Below, one piece after another: positions 25,825-41,073 of a stretch of 64,000 nt of DNA. This DNA is from Dictyostelium discoideum. Lineage: Eukaryota. Below the pieces are notes generated by a model that saw only the letters and a program-made list of their open reading frames with translations, had not been told where the DNA came from and did not search any database. The DNA is taken from contig CM000153.2 in NCBI GenBank assembly GCA_000004695.1, positions 3,840,001 through 3,904,000 on the forward strand, read 5' to 3'. A program made the translations under genes and the position numbers. Each line of letters begins with the position of its first letter. Position 1 is the stretch's first letter.

Positions 25825-26186
25825 TTTTAATATATATACATATAAATATTATTTATATTATTTGTATTTGTTTTTTCAGTTGATAATTTTTCAAAAATTG
25901 AAAAAACAAGTAAAATATCAGATTTTTGAAGGGTCTTTTTTTTTTTTTTTTTTTTTTTTAATTAACGAAATTGTTACAGATGTGGAATATTTTTTTTTTA
26001 ATTTTTTGGACTTTTAAAGAATTTTCACTTTTTTTTTTAATTTTAATTTTTTTTTTTTTTTTTTTTTTCTTCATTCCCATTTTTTATTTTTACTTTTTTT
26101 TTTATTTTTTAAATTAAATAACAAACAAAAATAAATTTATATTTTTTTAATGTGTATTTGTATAATAAAATAAATATTATAAAATT
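25825..26186. promoter_or_regulatory. 362-bp shared divergent (bidirectional) promoter region between the Prp16/DHX38 (-) and Prp2/DHX16 (+) start codons
   Basis: ATG of the minus-strand gene at 25824..25822 and of the plus-strand gene at 26187. The interval is AT-rich with T20-25 homopolymers and no ORF. Confidence 0.5.
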
Positions 26187-29100
26187 ATGAGTAGTAATAA
26201 TGAATCAATAAAGAATTGGGTATCAGATAAGATTTTCGATATCTTGGGATATCGTGAATCTACAATGGTTGATTATATAATTGCATTATCGAAAAAAGCA
26301 AAAGATGTAAATTCATTTATATCAACATTAACAGAACAAGATTTTCCAATAAATTCCAATACAAAATCATTTGCTCAAGAGTTATTAAATAAATCACAAC
26401 AAAAAATTCAAAATATAACTTCTTCATCTTCTTCATCTTCTTCAACTTCATTATCATCATCATCATCATCAAAAGATAAAGAAAAAGAAAAAATTGAATT
26501 TTTAAAAAAGAATAAATCATATAAATTAGTTATTGATCATGATGATGATATTGTAAATAGTAGTGGAAGTAGCGATAGTGATAGCGATAGTGAAAGAAAA
26601 AGAAAAAAAAAAGAAAAAAAAAAAGAAAAAAAAGATAAAAAAGATAAAAAAGATAAAAAATCATCAACAAGAAAGAAATCTGATAATAATTGGGATGATG
26701 AAATTGAACCTGAACCAATTAAACCCAATGAAAAAGAAGATGAAAATAATAATAATGAAAATAATGATAATAATAATGACAATAATAATTTACAAAAAAG
26801 GCAACCATATAAATCAATAATTGAAGAAGAAAATAATAATGATAATAATAATAATAATGGAGAGGAGGATGAATATGAAAGAGAACAAAGAGAAGTTAAA
26901 GAATTAAGTGATAGAATAAAGAAAAGAGATGAAAAATCAACTAAAAAGAAAATAGTTGATGATTCAGAAACTAAAGAATCAATTGAAAGAAAGAATAGAT
27001 TAGAACAAAATGAACAATTAGAAACTGAAAGAACTAAATCTCGTAGAAAATATTTAGTTGGTGAAGAACAAAAACGATTAATCCTCTTAAAGAGAGAGAT
27101 TGAAGAAGAGTATGAATTATTTAAAGATCAAAAATTAACAGAACAAGAGATTAAAGATTTTGAAAAAAAGAAAAAATTATATGAATTAGCAAGTCAACGT
27201 ATAAATGAATCACAACAATCTGATGACTATTATCAATTACCTTCAGAAATTAAAGATAAAGATTCATTATTAAAATCATCATATATTAATGATAATAAAA
27301 ATAAAAAAGGTAATGACTCGTCATCATCGTCATCATACAATCCAGAACAAAAAGAATGGGAACAAAATAGAATGAAATCAGCAATTTCAGAGAATAGAGG
27401 ATTATCAACAGCCAATATTGGTGGTGGTAATGAAGAGTATGAATATGTATTTGAGGATCAAATTGAATTTATTAAAGAGGAAGTATTAAAGCAAGGACAG
27501 AAGGGTGATGGTGTAATGATATTGAAACCTGGTGATGATGGGTCAGCACAAGCAAAGATGACAATTCAAGAGGTTAGAAAATCATTACCAGTTTATCCAT
27601 ATCGTGAACAATTGATTGATGCAGTCAGGGAATATCAAGTTTTGATTATAGTTGGAGAGACAGGATCTGGTAAAACCACACAAATTCCACAATATTTACA
27701 TGAAGCTGGTTTTTCAAAAACTGGTAAAATCGGATGTACCCAACCAAGAAGAGTTGCTGCCATGAGTGTTGCAGCTAGAGTAGCAGAAGAGGTGGGTTGC
27801 AAATTAGGTAATGAAGTTGGTTATTCAATTCGTTTCGAAGATTGTACATCACAGAAAACAGTTTTGCAATATATGACCGATGGTATGTTGGTGAGGGAAT
27901 TCTTAACCGCACCTGATTTGGCAAGTTACTCTGTATTGATCATTGATGAAGCCCATGAGCGTACACTTCATACTGATATTCTATTTGGACTGTTGAAAGA
28001 TATCACAAGATTTAGACCCGATCTCAAGTTGTTGATCTCATCTGCAACAATGGATGCTGAAAGATTCTCTGATTATTTCGATGGTGCGCCAACTTTTAAT
28101 ATTCCAGGAAGAAAATATGAAGTTACCACTCATTACACTCAAGCACCCGAAGCCGATTATTTAGATGCAGCGGTTGTAACAGTACTTCAAATTCATATCA
28201 CTGAACCTCTAGGTGACATTTTAGTGTTTTTAACGGGTCAAGAAGAAGTTGATCAAGCCGCTGAGATGTTGCAAACTAGAACCAGAGGATTGGGTACGAA
28301 AATAAAGGAATTAATTATCACTAGAATCTATTCAACACTTCCAACCGATTTACAAGCTAAAATCTTTGAACCAACACCACCAAATGCAAGAAAAGTAGTA
28401 TTGGCAACCAATATCGCCGAGACTTCTTTGACAATTGATGGTATTATCTATGTGATTGATCCAGGATTTTGTAAACAGAAAATGTTTAATCCACGTACTG
28501 GTATGGAATCATTGGTGATTACACCAGTAAGTAGAGCATCAGCCAATCAAAGAAAAGGAAGAGCTGGTCGTGTTGCACCTGGTAAATGTTTTAGATTATT
28601 CACTGCTTGGGCATTTGATAATGAATTAGAGGAGAATACAATTCCAGAGATACAGCGAACAAATTTAGGTAATGTTGTATTGCTGTTGAAATCAATGGGT
28701 ATCAATGATTTAATGAATTTCGATTTCATGGATCCGCCACCTGCTCAAACTTTAATCGCTGCATTGGAACAACTTTATGCATTGGGTGCTTTGAATGATC
28801 GTGGTCAGTTGACAAAATTGGGTAGAAAAATGGCTGAATTTCCAGTGGATCCACAATTATCAAAAATGATCATCGCAAGTGAAAAATATAAATGTAGTGA
28901 AGAGATTCTTACAATTTGTGCAATGTTAAGTGTTGGTAATACCATTTTCTACAGACCAAAGGATAAAGCATTTGCTGCTGATGCCGCTAGGAAATTGTTT
29001 TTCCATCCACAAGGTGACCATTTAACATTGATGAATGTCTTCAATCAATGGCGTGAATCAGGTTATGCCGTTCAATGGTGTTTTGAAAATTTCATTCAAC

Positions 29101-29498
29101 ATCGTTCAATGAAACGTGCTCAAGATGTTAGGGATCAATTGGAGCTATTATTAGAACGTGTTGAAATTCCATTGGTTTCAAATGTTGACGATACAGATTC
29201 CATTAGAAAATGTATAGCCTCTGGTTTCTTTTATAACTCTGCAAAATTAGAGAAATCAGGTTTATTTAGAACTACAAAACATAATCAAAGTGTTCAAATT
29301 CATCCCTCTTCTTGTTTATTTCAATCACCTCCGAAATGGGTTGTCTATCATGAATTGGTTTTAACTACTAAAGAATTTATGAGACAAATTGTTGAAATTC
29401 AATCTTCTTGGCTTCATGAAATTGCTCCTCATATTTATAAAGAAAAAGATGTAAATGATAATCAAAAATTACCAAAAAATATTGGTAAAAAACAAATT

Positions 29499-29507
<9 letters not shown>
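26187..29507 (+). CDS. Pre-mRNA-splicing factor ATP-dependent RNA helicase Prp2 / DHX16 orthologue (DEAH-box), single exon
   Basis: ORF 26187..29507, 1106 aa. N-terminus '[38 protein letters not shown]' parallels human DHX16 '[36 protein letters not shown]'. Helicase core '[24 protein letters not shown]...[11 protein letters not shown]...LVFLTGQEE...[25 protein letters not shown]...[17 protein letters not shown]'. C-terminal '[31 protein letters not shown]...[23 protein letters not shown]' matches DHX16, not DHX8/15/38. Confidence 0.85.
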
Positions 29508-29542
<35 letters not shown>

Positions 29543-30187
29543 ATTTTTATTTTTTTTTTTTTTTCCCAAAATAAAAAAAGAATTTTTTTTTTTTATTATT
29601 ATTAAAAAAAAAGAATCAAACAATTCAAAGTAATCAATTGGGTTTATTAAAAAAATTTATTGATTTTTGGATCTTTTATTAAAAAAAAAAAAAAAAGGGA
29701 AAAAAAGTTGGGTTTGTCAACAATTGGACGTTTTTGTTTTGTTGAATCAAAAATCTTTTTTTTTTTTTGTCGTTTTTTTTTTATTTTTTTTTTTTGATAA
29801 TTTTATTTTTTTTTTTTGATAATTTTATTTTTTTATTTTTTTCATTTTTTCAAAGAAATCATTTGATAATTACAAAGCCATAAAAAATGCAAAAATAAAA
29901 AAAAAAATTTTATGAAAAAAAATAAAAAAATAAAAAAAAAAAATAAAAAAATAAAAAAAAAAAAAAAACACAACTTTTATTTTTAGTACAACAACTAAAA
30001 AAGACTTTTAAATTATTTAAACATAAAAAAAAATCATTAAAAAAAACAAAGTTTTGTACAATACTATTTATTTATTCACTGTTGTAATATAGAAAAAAAT
30101 ATTTATTTATAGAATTAAAAAAAAAAAAAAAAAAAAATTGTAAGTGATCTTAAAAAAAAAAAAAAAAAAATAATAATAATAATAATA

Positions 30188-30223
<36 letters not shown>

Positions 30224-30920
30224 AATAAAATAAAATAAAATAAAATTTATCATTTAATTATTTGAATTGAATCAAAATAAATTAAATAAAAATAAATAAA
30301 TAAATAAAACAAAAATTCAACCCCTCTATCATGTTTTAGTTGGTGTTATTGTATCATTTTTGTGTTTTTTTTTTTTTTTATTTTTTGAAAATAATCACCA
30401 CAACCCAATATTAGCACCTCATCGAAAAAACAAACCATATCAAAAAAAAAAAAAAAAAAAGGAAAAAAAAAAAAAGGAAAAAAAAAAAAATAGAAAAAAA
30501 AAAAAATAGAAAAAAAAAATAGAAAAAAAAAATAATATTGTTAGATGTAACACACTCAAAAACCAATTTAACACACTCAAACCCATTTATTAATATTTTT
30601 AATTTATTTTTATTTTCCAATTTTTTTTTCTTTTTTTTTTTTAATTATTACTTTTTTTTTTTTTTTTTTTAATCATCATCAATTGTTAAAATATTATTAT
30701 TATTTTTTTTTTCAACTGATAAATTATATTATTTATTTATTTATTTTTTACATTTAAATATTAACAATAAAAAAAACAAATTCTACATATTTTTATTTTT
30801 TTCATAGCAATAAATTAGTCAACTTTTTTTAAAAATTTAAAAAAGGTATATAAAAAAAAAAAAACTCAAAAATCCAAAAATAACCAAATTTAAAAAGAAA
30901 TAAAATAAAAAAATAAAAAA

Positions 30921-31030
30921 ATGGATGAAGTATTAGAAATGATTGCTGATGCAGTTTCCTCATTGGTTGTTGCAATCACAGATAGTGAAGAGAAAAATAC
31001 TCTTTTTGGTGTATGTATAAAATAAGAAGA

Positions 31031-31070
<40 letters not shown>

Positions 31071-33575
31071 TAACAATTAATATTAATTTATTAATTTATT
31101 TAATTTATTTATTTTATTATTATTATTATAATATAGGATATGGTACCAGGTGTTGAATTAATTCAACAAGCAGTTAATGGAATGGCAGAAGCAGCAGAGG
31201 AAACAGTATCATTAATTGATGAAGAGTTTATTGGACAATTAGAGAGTACATCAAAACAATTAAAGAATTCAGCAGGTCAATTATATGTTCATGCAGTTCG
31301 TGCAAGAGAAGATCCATGGAATAGAGTACCACAAAAGGATGCAATTAAAGCAGCCAAACAAATTCTTCAAAATGTTGTATTATTGGTATTGATTGAAGAG
31401 CAATCAAACATTAAGGTATTGGTAAACATTGCAAAGAAAGCAGCTGAAGGTGTAAGAAGAATCGATGAGATTGAAAATATTAAGCAATTGGATGTTATGA
31501 TTGGTGACGTAAATCAATTACAAAATGAATTGGTTAAAAGATCACAACGTCGTTCAGAGGGTAGCCACAATCCAGAGCTACGTTCAAAACTTGAAGATAT
31601 CGCCACAATGGTAAACATACTCTCTGAACAACATCAAGCAAGTGCTCGTGATGTTTGTAGAAATCCAAGAGAGGAAACCCTAAGATCAAAACGTTCAGAA
31701 CTTTCAAGTAAATTATTATCAGCAATCGATGATTTAATCTACACTATTAAATTGATTTTCGAGAATAATACAAAATTCGTTGATCTCGCTTTCAAATGGA
31801 AACCAGTTCGTACAATGGCTGAAGATGAAGTTACTCGTGCCTCCGCTGTTCTTATTGATAATCTTCGTACACTTCCAAAATCAATTGAGGCTGGTAATGG
31901 TCCAGCAGCAGCTAGAGAGATTGTCAATGCTGCAAACTTACAAATTTCAAATGCAATCATCGTTGCAAATCGTTGTCAAGATCCAGTTAAAAAGAAAATG
32001 TTATTGAAACAAATTGAAGAATTAAAGAAATTGACACCAATGCTTATCTCTGCTATGAAACCAGTTTTGGAGAATCCAAATGATCAAGAAGCTCAAAAAC
32101 ATTTAGAATCTGTAATTTATTCAACCCAAAAAGCATCTGAAGCATTGGCAACCGCAGTTGTTTCTTCACCAGCAGAAATTGTTGCAGCATCTGGTGTTTC
32201 ATTAGCAAGAGATTTAGATTCTTTAGAGGAAGCAATTGCATCAGGTGATAAGAAACGTGCTCAAGTTATTCTCTCTCATATTCCAAGTGCAATTGATAAA
32301 CATATTGAATTGGCAAATGCTCTCTTAGAGACTATTACAGATCCAGGTCAACGTCATCAAATTAAACAATCCATTGAAAGATTACAAACACTTAAACCAA
32401 GAATCATTGAAAATGCAAATAGAGCAATCGCCAATCCAAATGACCATGAAGCTCGTAAAAATCTTTCATCAGATATTAAAGAAGCCAAAAAAGCAATTGG
32501 TCAAATCAGTCAACCATATGAAGTCGTTTCAGCTCTCAATACTAAAATTCATAATGATCTTGATTCACTCATTAAATGTATCGATGAAGGTGGTCCAGAT
32601 ATGCAAGTTAAAGGTGTTCAATATGCTAAAGATATAGCAAACTCTATTAAAAAACAAATTGAAGCAGCCGAGGCATACGCTCAAACTATCACTGATCCAG
32701 ATCGTAAGAAACAAGTACTAGATTCAATTGAACAACTTAAAAAACTTACTCCACAACTTTTAGAAGCAATTAGAGCATGTTTAGCAAATCCTGATGATAA
32801 AGAAGCTCGTAAGAGACTCGATGATGTCGTCAGAAGAGTTAAAGAAGCAAGTAGTAATCTTAGTCAAGTCATTCAACCAACTGCTGATGAACTTAAAGAA
32901 GAAAAGAGAAAGAGAAATGAAGAGATTGCAAGAATTGAAGCAGAGGAAAAAGCAAAAGCTCGTGCCTTATTAAAAGCTGCTGAATTGGCAAGAATTGAAG
33001 CAGAGGAAGAAAAGAAACGTTTGGCTATAATTGAAGAAGAAAAGAAACGTTTAGCTGCAGAGGAAGAGGAAAGAAAACGTGCTCCAAAACTCGTCGTTCC
33101 AGAAGGTCCAGTTAATAAAGCAGTTTTCGGTGCTGCCGCTGATGTCGCTCAAGCTTTAGAATCAAAAGTTCGTGATGGTACACCATTGGGTATACTCGTT
33201 CAATTATCCGACGAAATCGCTCAACAAATGGCTTTAATCGCAAGTTTCGCAATGAATGGTGATGTTAAAGGTATGATTACTGCTGCTCGTAAAATCGCAG
33301 ATACCATCAAACAAGTTCAAACTCAAGCTAAACATATCGCTGACAATTGCACTGATCCACGTTTAAAACAAAATGTTTTAACCTATTGCGATTGTGGTGG
33401 TAATTTCAGTACCCAACTTAAAATCCTTTGCGCCGTTAAATCAAATGATTTTAATGATCCAACCGCTGAAGAACAATTAGTTACTTGTGCTAAAGGTTTA
33501 TCAGGTGCTGTAATTAATCTTGTAAAATCTTCTGAAGCTGCATCAATTAAACAAAGAAAAGTACCACAACAATAA
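30921..33575 (+). CDS. Vinculin / alpha-catenin family protein (~842 aa); join(30921..31010,31137..33575)
   Basis: Exon 1 'MDEVLEMIADAVSSLVVAITDSEEKNTLFG' + GTATGT donor (31011). Acceptor 'atatag' (31136) joins ORF 31140..33575. 'MLLKQIEELKKLTPMLISAMKPVLENPNDQEAQ' parallels vinculin '[25 protein letters not shown]'. C-terminal tail '...LVKSSEAASIKQRKV' parallels vinculin tail '...EAEAASIKIR'. E/K/A-rich helical linker before the tail. Cannot distinguish the Dictyostelium vinculin-like from the alpha-catenin-like paralogue by eye. Confidence 0.75.
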
Positions 33576-33725
33576 ATAATAAAAAAAAAAAAAATAATAG
33601 TAATAATAATTAATATTTTTAAAAAAAATAAAATAAAAAAATGTATAGTTTATAATTGTAAAAAAAAAAAAAAAAAAACCTTTTTAAGAATGAGTTATAA
33701 CTTGAATAATCTTTATTTTATTTTT

Positions 33726-35188
33726 TTAAAAAGCAACAAATTTTTTATTCTTTACCTTTTCATTTTTAAAACTATTTTCTTTAGGTGATGGATAATCTTT
33801 GATCTCTAAACCAAATTTATCATCAGATTCTAAAATTTTAACCACTATATTGTTTTTAGTTGGACGGAACAATATTAATAAAACTATATAAAAGATTGCA
33901 TTTATTGTTTGATATAGTATTGAGATGACTTTGAATTTTACCCATGGTTCTGTGAAATGAGCACAAACAACAATCATTGGTTGAGCAATGAACCATAATG
34001 TAAAAATGATGGTAAATATTAAAATGAACTTCTTTTTCATTTCATCATTTTGTTTTCTACGACTTAGAGTGTTTCCAATTGTAAAAAAGAAAATAATGAA
34101 AACATAGATAGCCAATAAAGCGTAACCTGGGTATGTATCATAAAAGTAAATGTAGTTATTAAATTCTGGTGCTTTGAAACAAACGAAAATGTATACAATT
34201 ACACCAAAAACAAATAATAATCCAGAAACAGATAAATTAACCATTCTTTTTATCATTGAGCCATAATATAGAGAGGTTGTCCAACCTTGTCCAACCATTA
34301 AAATGAGTAATACAAATAATGAATTTGCCAAAATACTAAAAATATTACCAAATAAATTTGCATATTTTAATTCAGGTCCATCATATTTTATAATGGTTGA
34401 CCAATTTGCCAAAAATAATACCAATGAAATCAATTGCACTCCAAGTATTACAATAAAGAATTGTAATACTTTTGATTCCAATTGTTTTTTCTTTAATATT
34501 ATAATAAATACAATGGTTATTACAAACATTATGATATATAATAAAAAGTAAAACATTTGAGATTGTGGAATTGATTGTTGATCAGCTGATAGTACACTAT
34601 CGATATGATCACCATTATTTGATAATGAGAAAACATATTCTGCAAAATATTTTTTATTAACATTTGAACCAGTACCACCTCCAGTTGATCTATTACCTCT
34701 TTCACAATCAGCAATTGCAACAATCCAAAAACGATCTCTCTGTTGCATTACACTTTTAACTTGCATTCTACTCTCCCAATCCAAATCATTTGGATTATTA
34801 ACAAATGGTGAAAATTCATAGTTATTCCAAGAAACCTTTTTAAAAAATTAAATATATTAATATACTGATGTATTAAAATTTTTAAAATACCTATTAAAAA
34901 ACTTACTTTTTGTTCACATGAATATTTATTACCATAAATATCATCCAATAATTCATTATAATTCGGGTTTTTGTCGGAATATAATAAAATTTTTGTATCT
35001 TTTGATAATGAATGGAATAATTTCATTATTACATGGCCTCCTTGGTCTTGAAAACAAAATTTAGTTATAAATTTCCATTTACCTGGTGTTGAATATAAAC
35101 CACCAACTGTTATTGAATTTACAACACTAAAAAATGTACAACATGATAATAATAATAATATTATTTTTAATATTTTAAAATTTTTCAT
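33726..35188 (-). CDS. Seven-transmembrane receptor-like protein with signal peptide and lumenal N-domain (GPR180/TMEM145 'GpcrRhopsn4'-like or lung-7TM-like); join(33726..34835,34907..35188)
   Basis: Exon 1 = ORF 34748..35188 up to ...YSCEQK (94 aa, signal peptide 'MKNFKILKIILLLLSCCTFFSVV'), donor GTAAGT (plus 'acttac' 34901..34906). Acceptor 'aaaaag' (34837..34836). Exon 2 'VSWNNYEFSPFVNNPNDLDWESRMQ...' runs in frame into ORF 33726..34784, which has about 7 hydrophobic helices ('FYFLLYIIMFVITIVFIIIL', 'VLQFFIVILGVQLISLVLFLA', 'IFSILANSLFVLLILMVGQGW', ...). Confidence 0.5.
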
Positions 35189-35696
35189 CTTTTAGATTAC
35201 TTGTATTTATCTTATTTATTATTATAATGATTTTTAGTTTTTTATTTTTTTTTTTAAAATAATTTTTTTATTTTTAATTTATTATTATTATATCTATTAT
35301 AGTTATTATAATTATTATTATTTTTTTTAAGTACTTTTTATTTAATATTATCTTAATAATGTAAAGTAAAAAGGAAATAAGAATAATTAATAATTATTTT
35401 TTAATTATTTTTTAAAAAAAATATAAATAAATAATAATAATTTAAATATAAGAAACTCAAATTTAAAAAATAAAAAAAGAAAATTAAAAATAAAATGTTT
35501 AAAATAAAAATAATTATAATTAAATAATATCAAAAATACAGAAAAAAAGAAATAAAAATGTTTAAACAGTTTTAATTTGTTTAACCCTTTTTTTGAAAAT
35601 TAAAAAATAACAATTAAATTATTTATTACTTCCAAAAGTAAATCCACCTTATCTCACCCACCCTTTTAAAATATTAAAAAAGAAAGATAATTAAAT

Positions 35697-35739
<43 letters not shown>

Positions 35740-36089
35740 CCCCCACTTTTATATGATACCAAAAATGATGATATGTTATTAGTTTTATATTTAAAGGGGG
35801 TGGGTTTATTTTATTTTTTTTAAATATTAAAATGATTTTTTGATAAAATTAAAAAAACTTCTTGTAACCCTCCCATTTAATCAAAAAAAAAGTAAATCTA
35901 ATTTAAAATAATAATTTATATAAATCTGTAAAATGGTTATTTTTATTCAAAAAGAGATTGAAATAATATTTATATATATATATGGGGGGTATATATTTAA
36001 TAACCATATTTTATTTTAAATTATATAAAAAATAAAAAAATTTAAATCATAATAAAAACAAAAATAAATCCTATTTTTTAAAAATTTAA

Positions 36090-36137
<48 letters not shown>

Positions 36138-36351
36138 TATAAACGATTGTATATCTTTTTTCTTTATTTAAAAAAAAAATTGAATTTATTTTAAAATAGT
36201 AAAAAAAAAAAGACTAAAAAAAAAGATAAGATCTTTAAACATGTTTTCCAACGTTTGTCCCTTTTTTTTTTTTTTTTTTTATTTTTTTTTCTTTTTCCTC
36301 TTTTTGAAAAATTAATTTATAAAGAGTTTGTGATTTGTAGTTTGTAATTTG

Positions 36352-36389
<38 letters not shown>

Positions 36390-36402
36390 GTATTTTAAAT
36401 CT

Positions 36403-38652
<2,250 letters not shown>

Positions 38653-38653
38653 T

Positions 38654-38757
38654 TATTTTATTTTATTTTATTTTATTTTATTTTATTTTATTTTATTTTA
38701 TTTTATTTTATTTTATTTTATTTTATTTTATTTTATTTTATTTTATTTTATTTTATT
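38654..38757. repeat. (TTTTA)n pentanucleotide microsatellite, about 21 units, abutting the start codon of the FHA kinase gene (on the minus strand, the 5' UTR reads (TAAAA)n)
   Basis: 'atttta' x~21 immediately 3' (plus-strand coordinates) of the ATG at 38652..38650. Confidence 0.9.
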
Positions 38758-38868
38758 TATTTACTGTATATATATAAGTATAGCATGAATTATTATAATA
38801 GTTCTTATTACCTTTTTTTTTTTTTTTGTTTTGTTGTTATTATGTTTGAAATAAAAAAAATAATACCC

Positions 38869-38905
<37 letters not shown>

Positions 38906-39549
38906 ATTATTATATTATTTGAAATAATAAAAGATTCATACACATATAGAAATTTTTTATATATCTTAAAAAAAAAAGTATAAAAAAGGTGTTTGTGCGA
39001 ATGTGTGTTGCTAGTGAAAACTAAAATAAAAAAAAAAAATAAAAAAAAAAATAGAAAAAAAAAAAAATAATAAAAAAAAAAATAAAAATAAATTAAAAAA
39101 AAAATGAAAAAAAAAAAATAAAAAAAATAAAAATAAATAAAATAAAAATTTAAAAAAAAAAAAAAAAAAACCCTATCAATGATTTTGGGGAGCTATTTTC
39201 AAAATCTTTTTTTTTTTTGATGTTTCGCCCAAACCCTTTTTTTTTTTTTTTTTTTTTTCCCTCCTTTTTTTTTTAGTTTTTTGTTAAATACCTAATAATA
39301 TGATAATTGTTGACAAATAAAAAAAAATAAATAATTTCAAAAATAAAAAAAAAAAACTAAATAATAAAAATTTCAATGAATATTTTTGTGTATCCGATTA
39401 ATTTATAATCCAATCCTCCATTTTTGTTTTTTTAATTATCTTTTTCAAATTTTACAGATATAGTTGTAATCTTTTTTTTTTTTTTTATTATTCTTTTTTT
39501 TTCAAAAAAAAAAATTAAAAATCAAATAAATAAAAAAAAAGATTGTTGG

Positions 39550-39580
<31 letters not shown>

Positions 39581-39685
39581 AAACAGTATTTATTTTTTTT
39601 TTTATTTTTTTTTTTTTTTTATTTTTTTTTTATTTTTATTTTTATTTTTTTTTTTTTCTAAAAATAGATTAAATAAAATTACAAT

Positions 39686-40068
39686 TTATAATATAAATAA
39701 AAAAACTAAAATTAAAAAAAATGGAAATGTAAAATTAGAACTAATTGTATTGAAAGCATTATTTGGTATAGGTTTAATTAGGAAATTTGGATCGTTTGGG
39801 TAAAAATAATGTGACCCTGTTTCACCATTTTTTCTTGTCGAATATGAAATTGCATTATTTGACATTTTTGTTTGTAATTTTATTGAGAGGTTTGTTGAAT
39901 TACAATAATAAAAATAAGTAAAGTCCTCATCACAATCAATACTTCCACCATACAAACAAACACCCTTTTTAAATACTTGTAATCCATCTAATCTATATCT
40001 CCAAATTCTTTCATCAGAAAGTTTTGTTTTACTATAACTTTATTATATAATTTTAATAATGGGGGGGG

Positions 40069-40116
<48 letters not shown>

Positions 40117-40541
40117 CATTATAAATTAGCAATTACCTACGTTTCAGTTATTTGACAAAAATCCTTTTCTTTATAATTTATTATTTTATAAACAACTTTA
40201 AAGGATGTATTTAATACTTGAACGCATTCATTTAGATTTATATAATATCTACAATCTTCTCCACAAAAACAAGACATAGAAAAATAACAATCCCTTGTGC
40301 TATTTTCAAATCCACCTGAACAATCAAGTTGGAAATATGGCATGGAAAAACAATATTCTGTCCCTTTTAAAATTGCTTGGTATTGTATAGGTCCACCCTC
40401 ACAATTTGGGTTATTAAATGATTCAACTTGATAATATTTATCTTTTGATGTACCATAAAACGAATTTCCCATACTACCATTTATTAATATAAATAAAATT
40501 GATATTATAAAATAACTTGGAAAATAAAATTGATTTTTCAT
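39686..40541 (-). CDS. hypothetical Cys-rich secreted protein with hydrophobic C-terminus (possible GPI/TM anchor); join(39686..40031,40141..40541)
   Basis: ORF 40137..40541 (-) has a signal peptide ('MKNQFYFPSYFIISILFILINGSMG') and about 12 Cys. Donor GTAGGT (40140..40135) before the in-frame stop. Acceptor 'ttatag' (40033..40032); the split codon AC|T then reads into ORF 39686..39955 ('...CLYGGSIDCDEDFTYFYYCNST...FTFPFFLILVFLFIL'). 109-nt intron containing a 60-nt homopolymer. Confidence 0.4.
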
Positions 40542-40885
40542 TTTTTTTTTTTTTTTTTTTTTTTGGGGATAAATAATAAATAATATTTTAATGAAATAAA
40601 ATTATCAATATTAAAAATAAAAAGTGTAAAATTATTTTTGTTAATTTTTTTTTTTTTCTAAATAATAAAAAGAAAAAAAAAATAATAAAAAATTAATAAT
40701 CAAAAATAAAAAAAAAAACCACACCCTTCAACCCTCATTTTTTTGTGATCTATTTTTAATTTGTTTTCAATATTTTCAAAATAAAAAAAATAAATAAAAA
40801 AAACAGTGACAGAGGTCAATATTTTTAAAATAAAAAAAAAAATAATAATTATAACGGAAATGATAATTATCTATCTGTGTAACCT

Positions 40886-40933
<48 letters not shown>

Positions 40934-41073
40934 AAATAAATAAAAATAAATAAAAAAAAATATAAATAAATAAAAGAAATAAAAAATTAAATAAAAAAAA
41001 ATTTACAAAAATATAATTTTATATATCTCCTTATTACTTTATTTTAATTTAATTATTATTTATTTATTATTAA

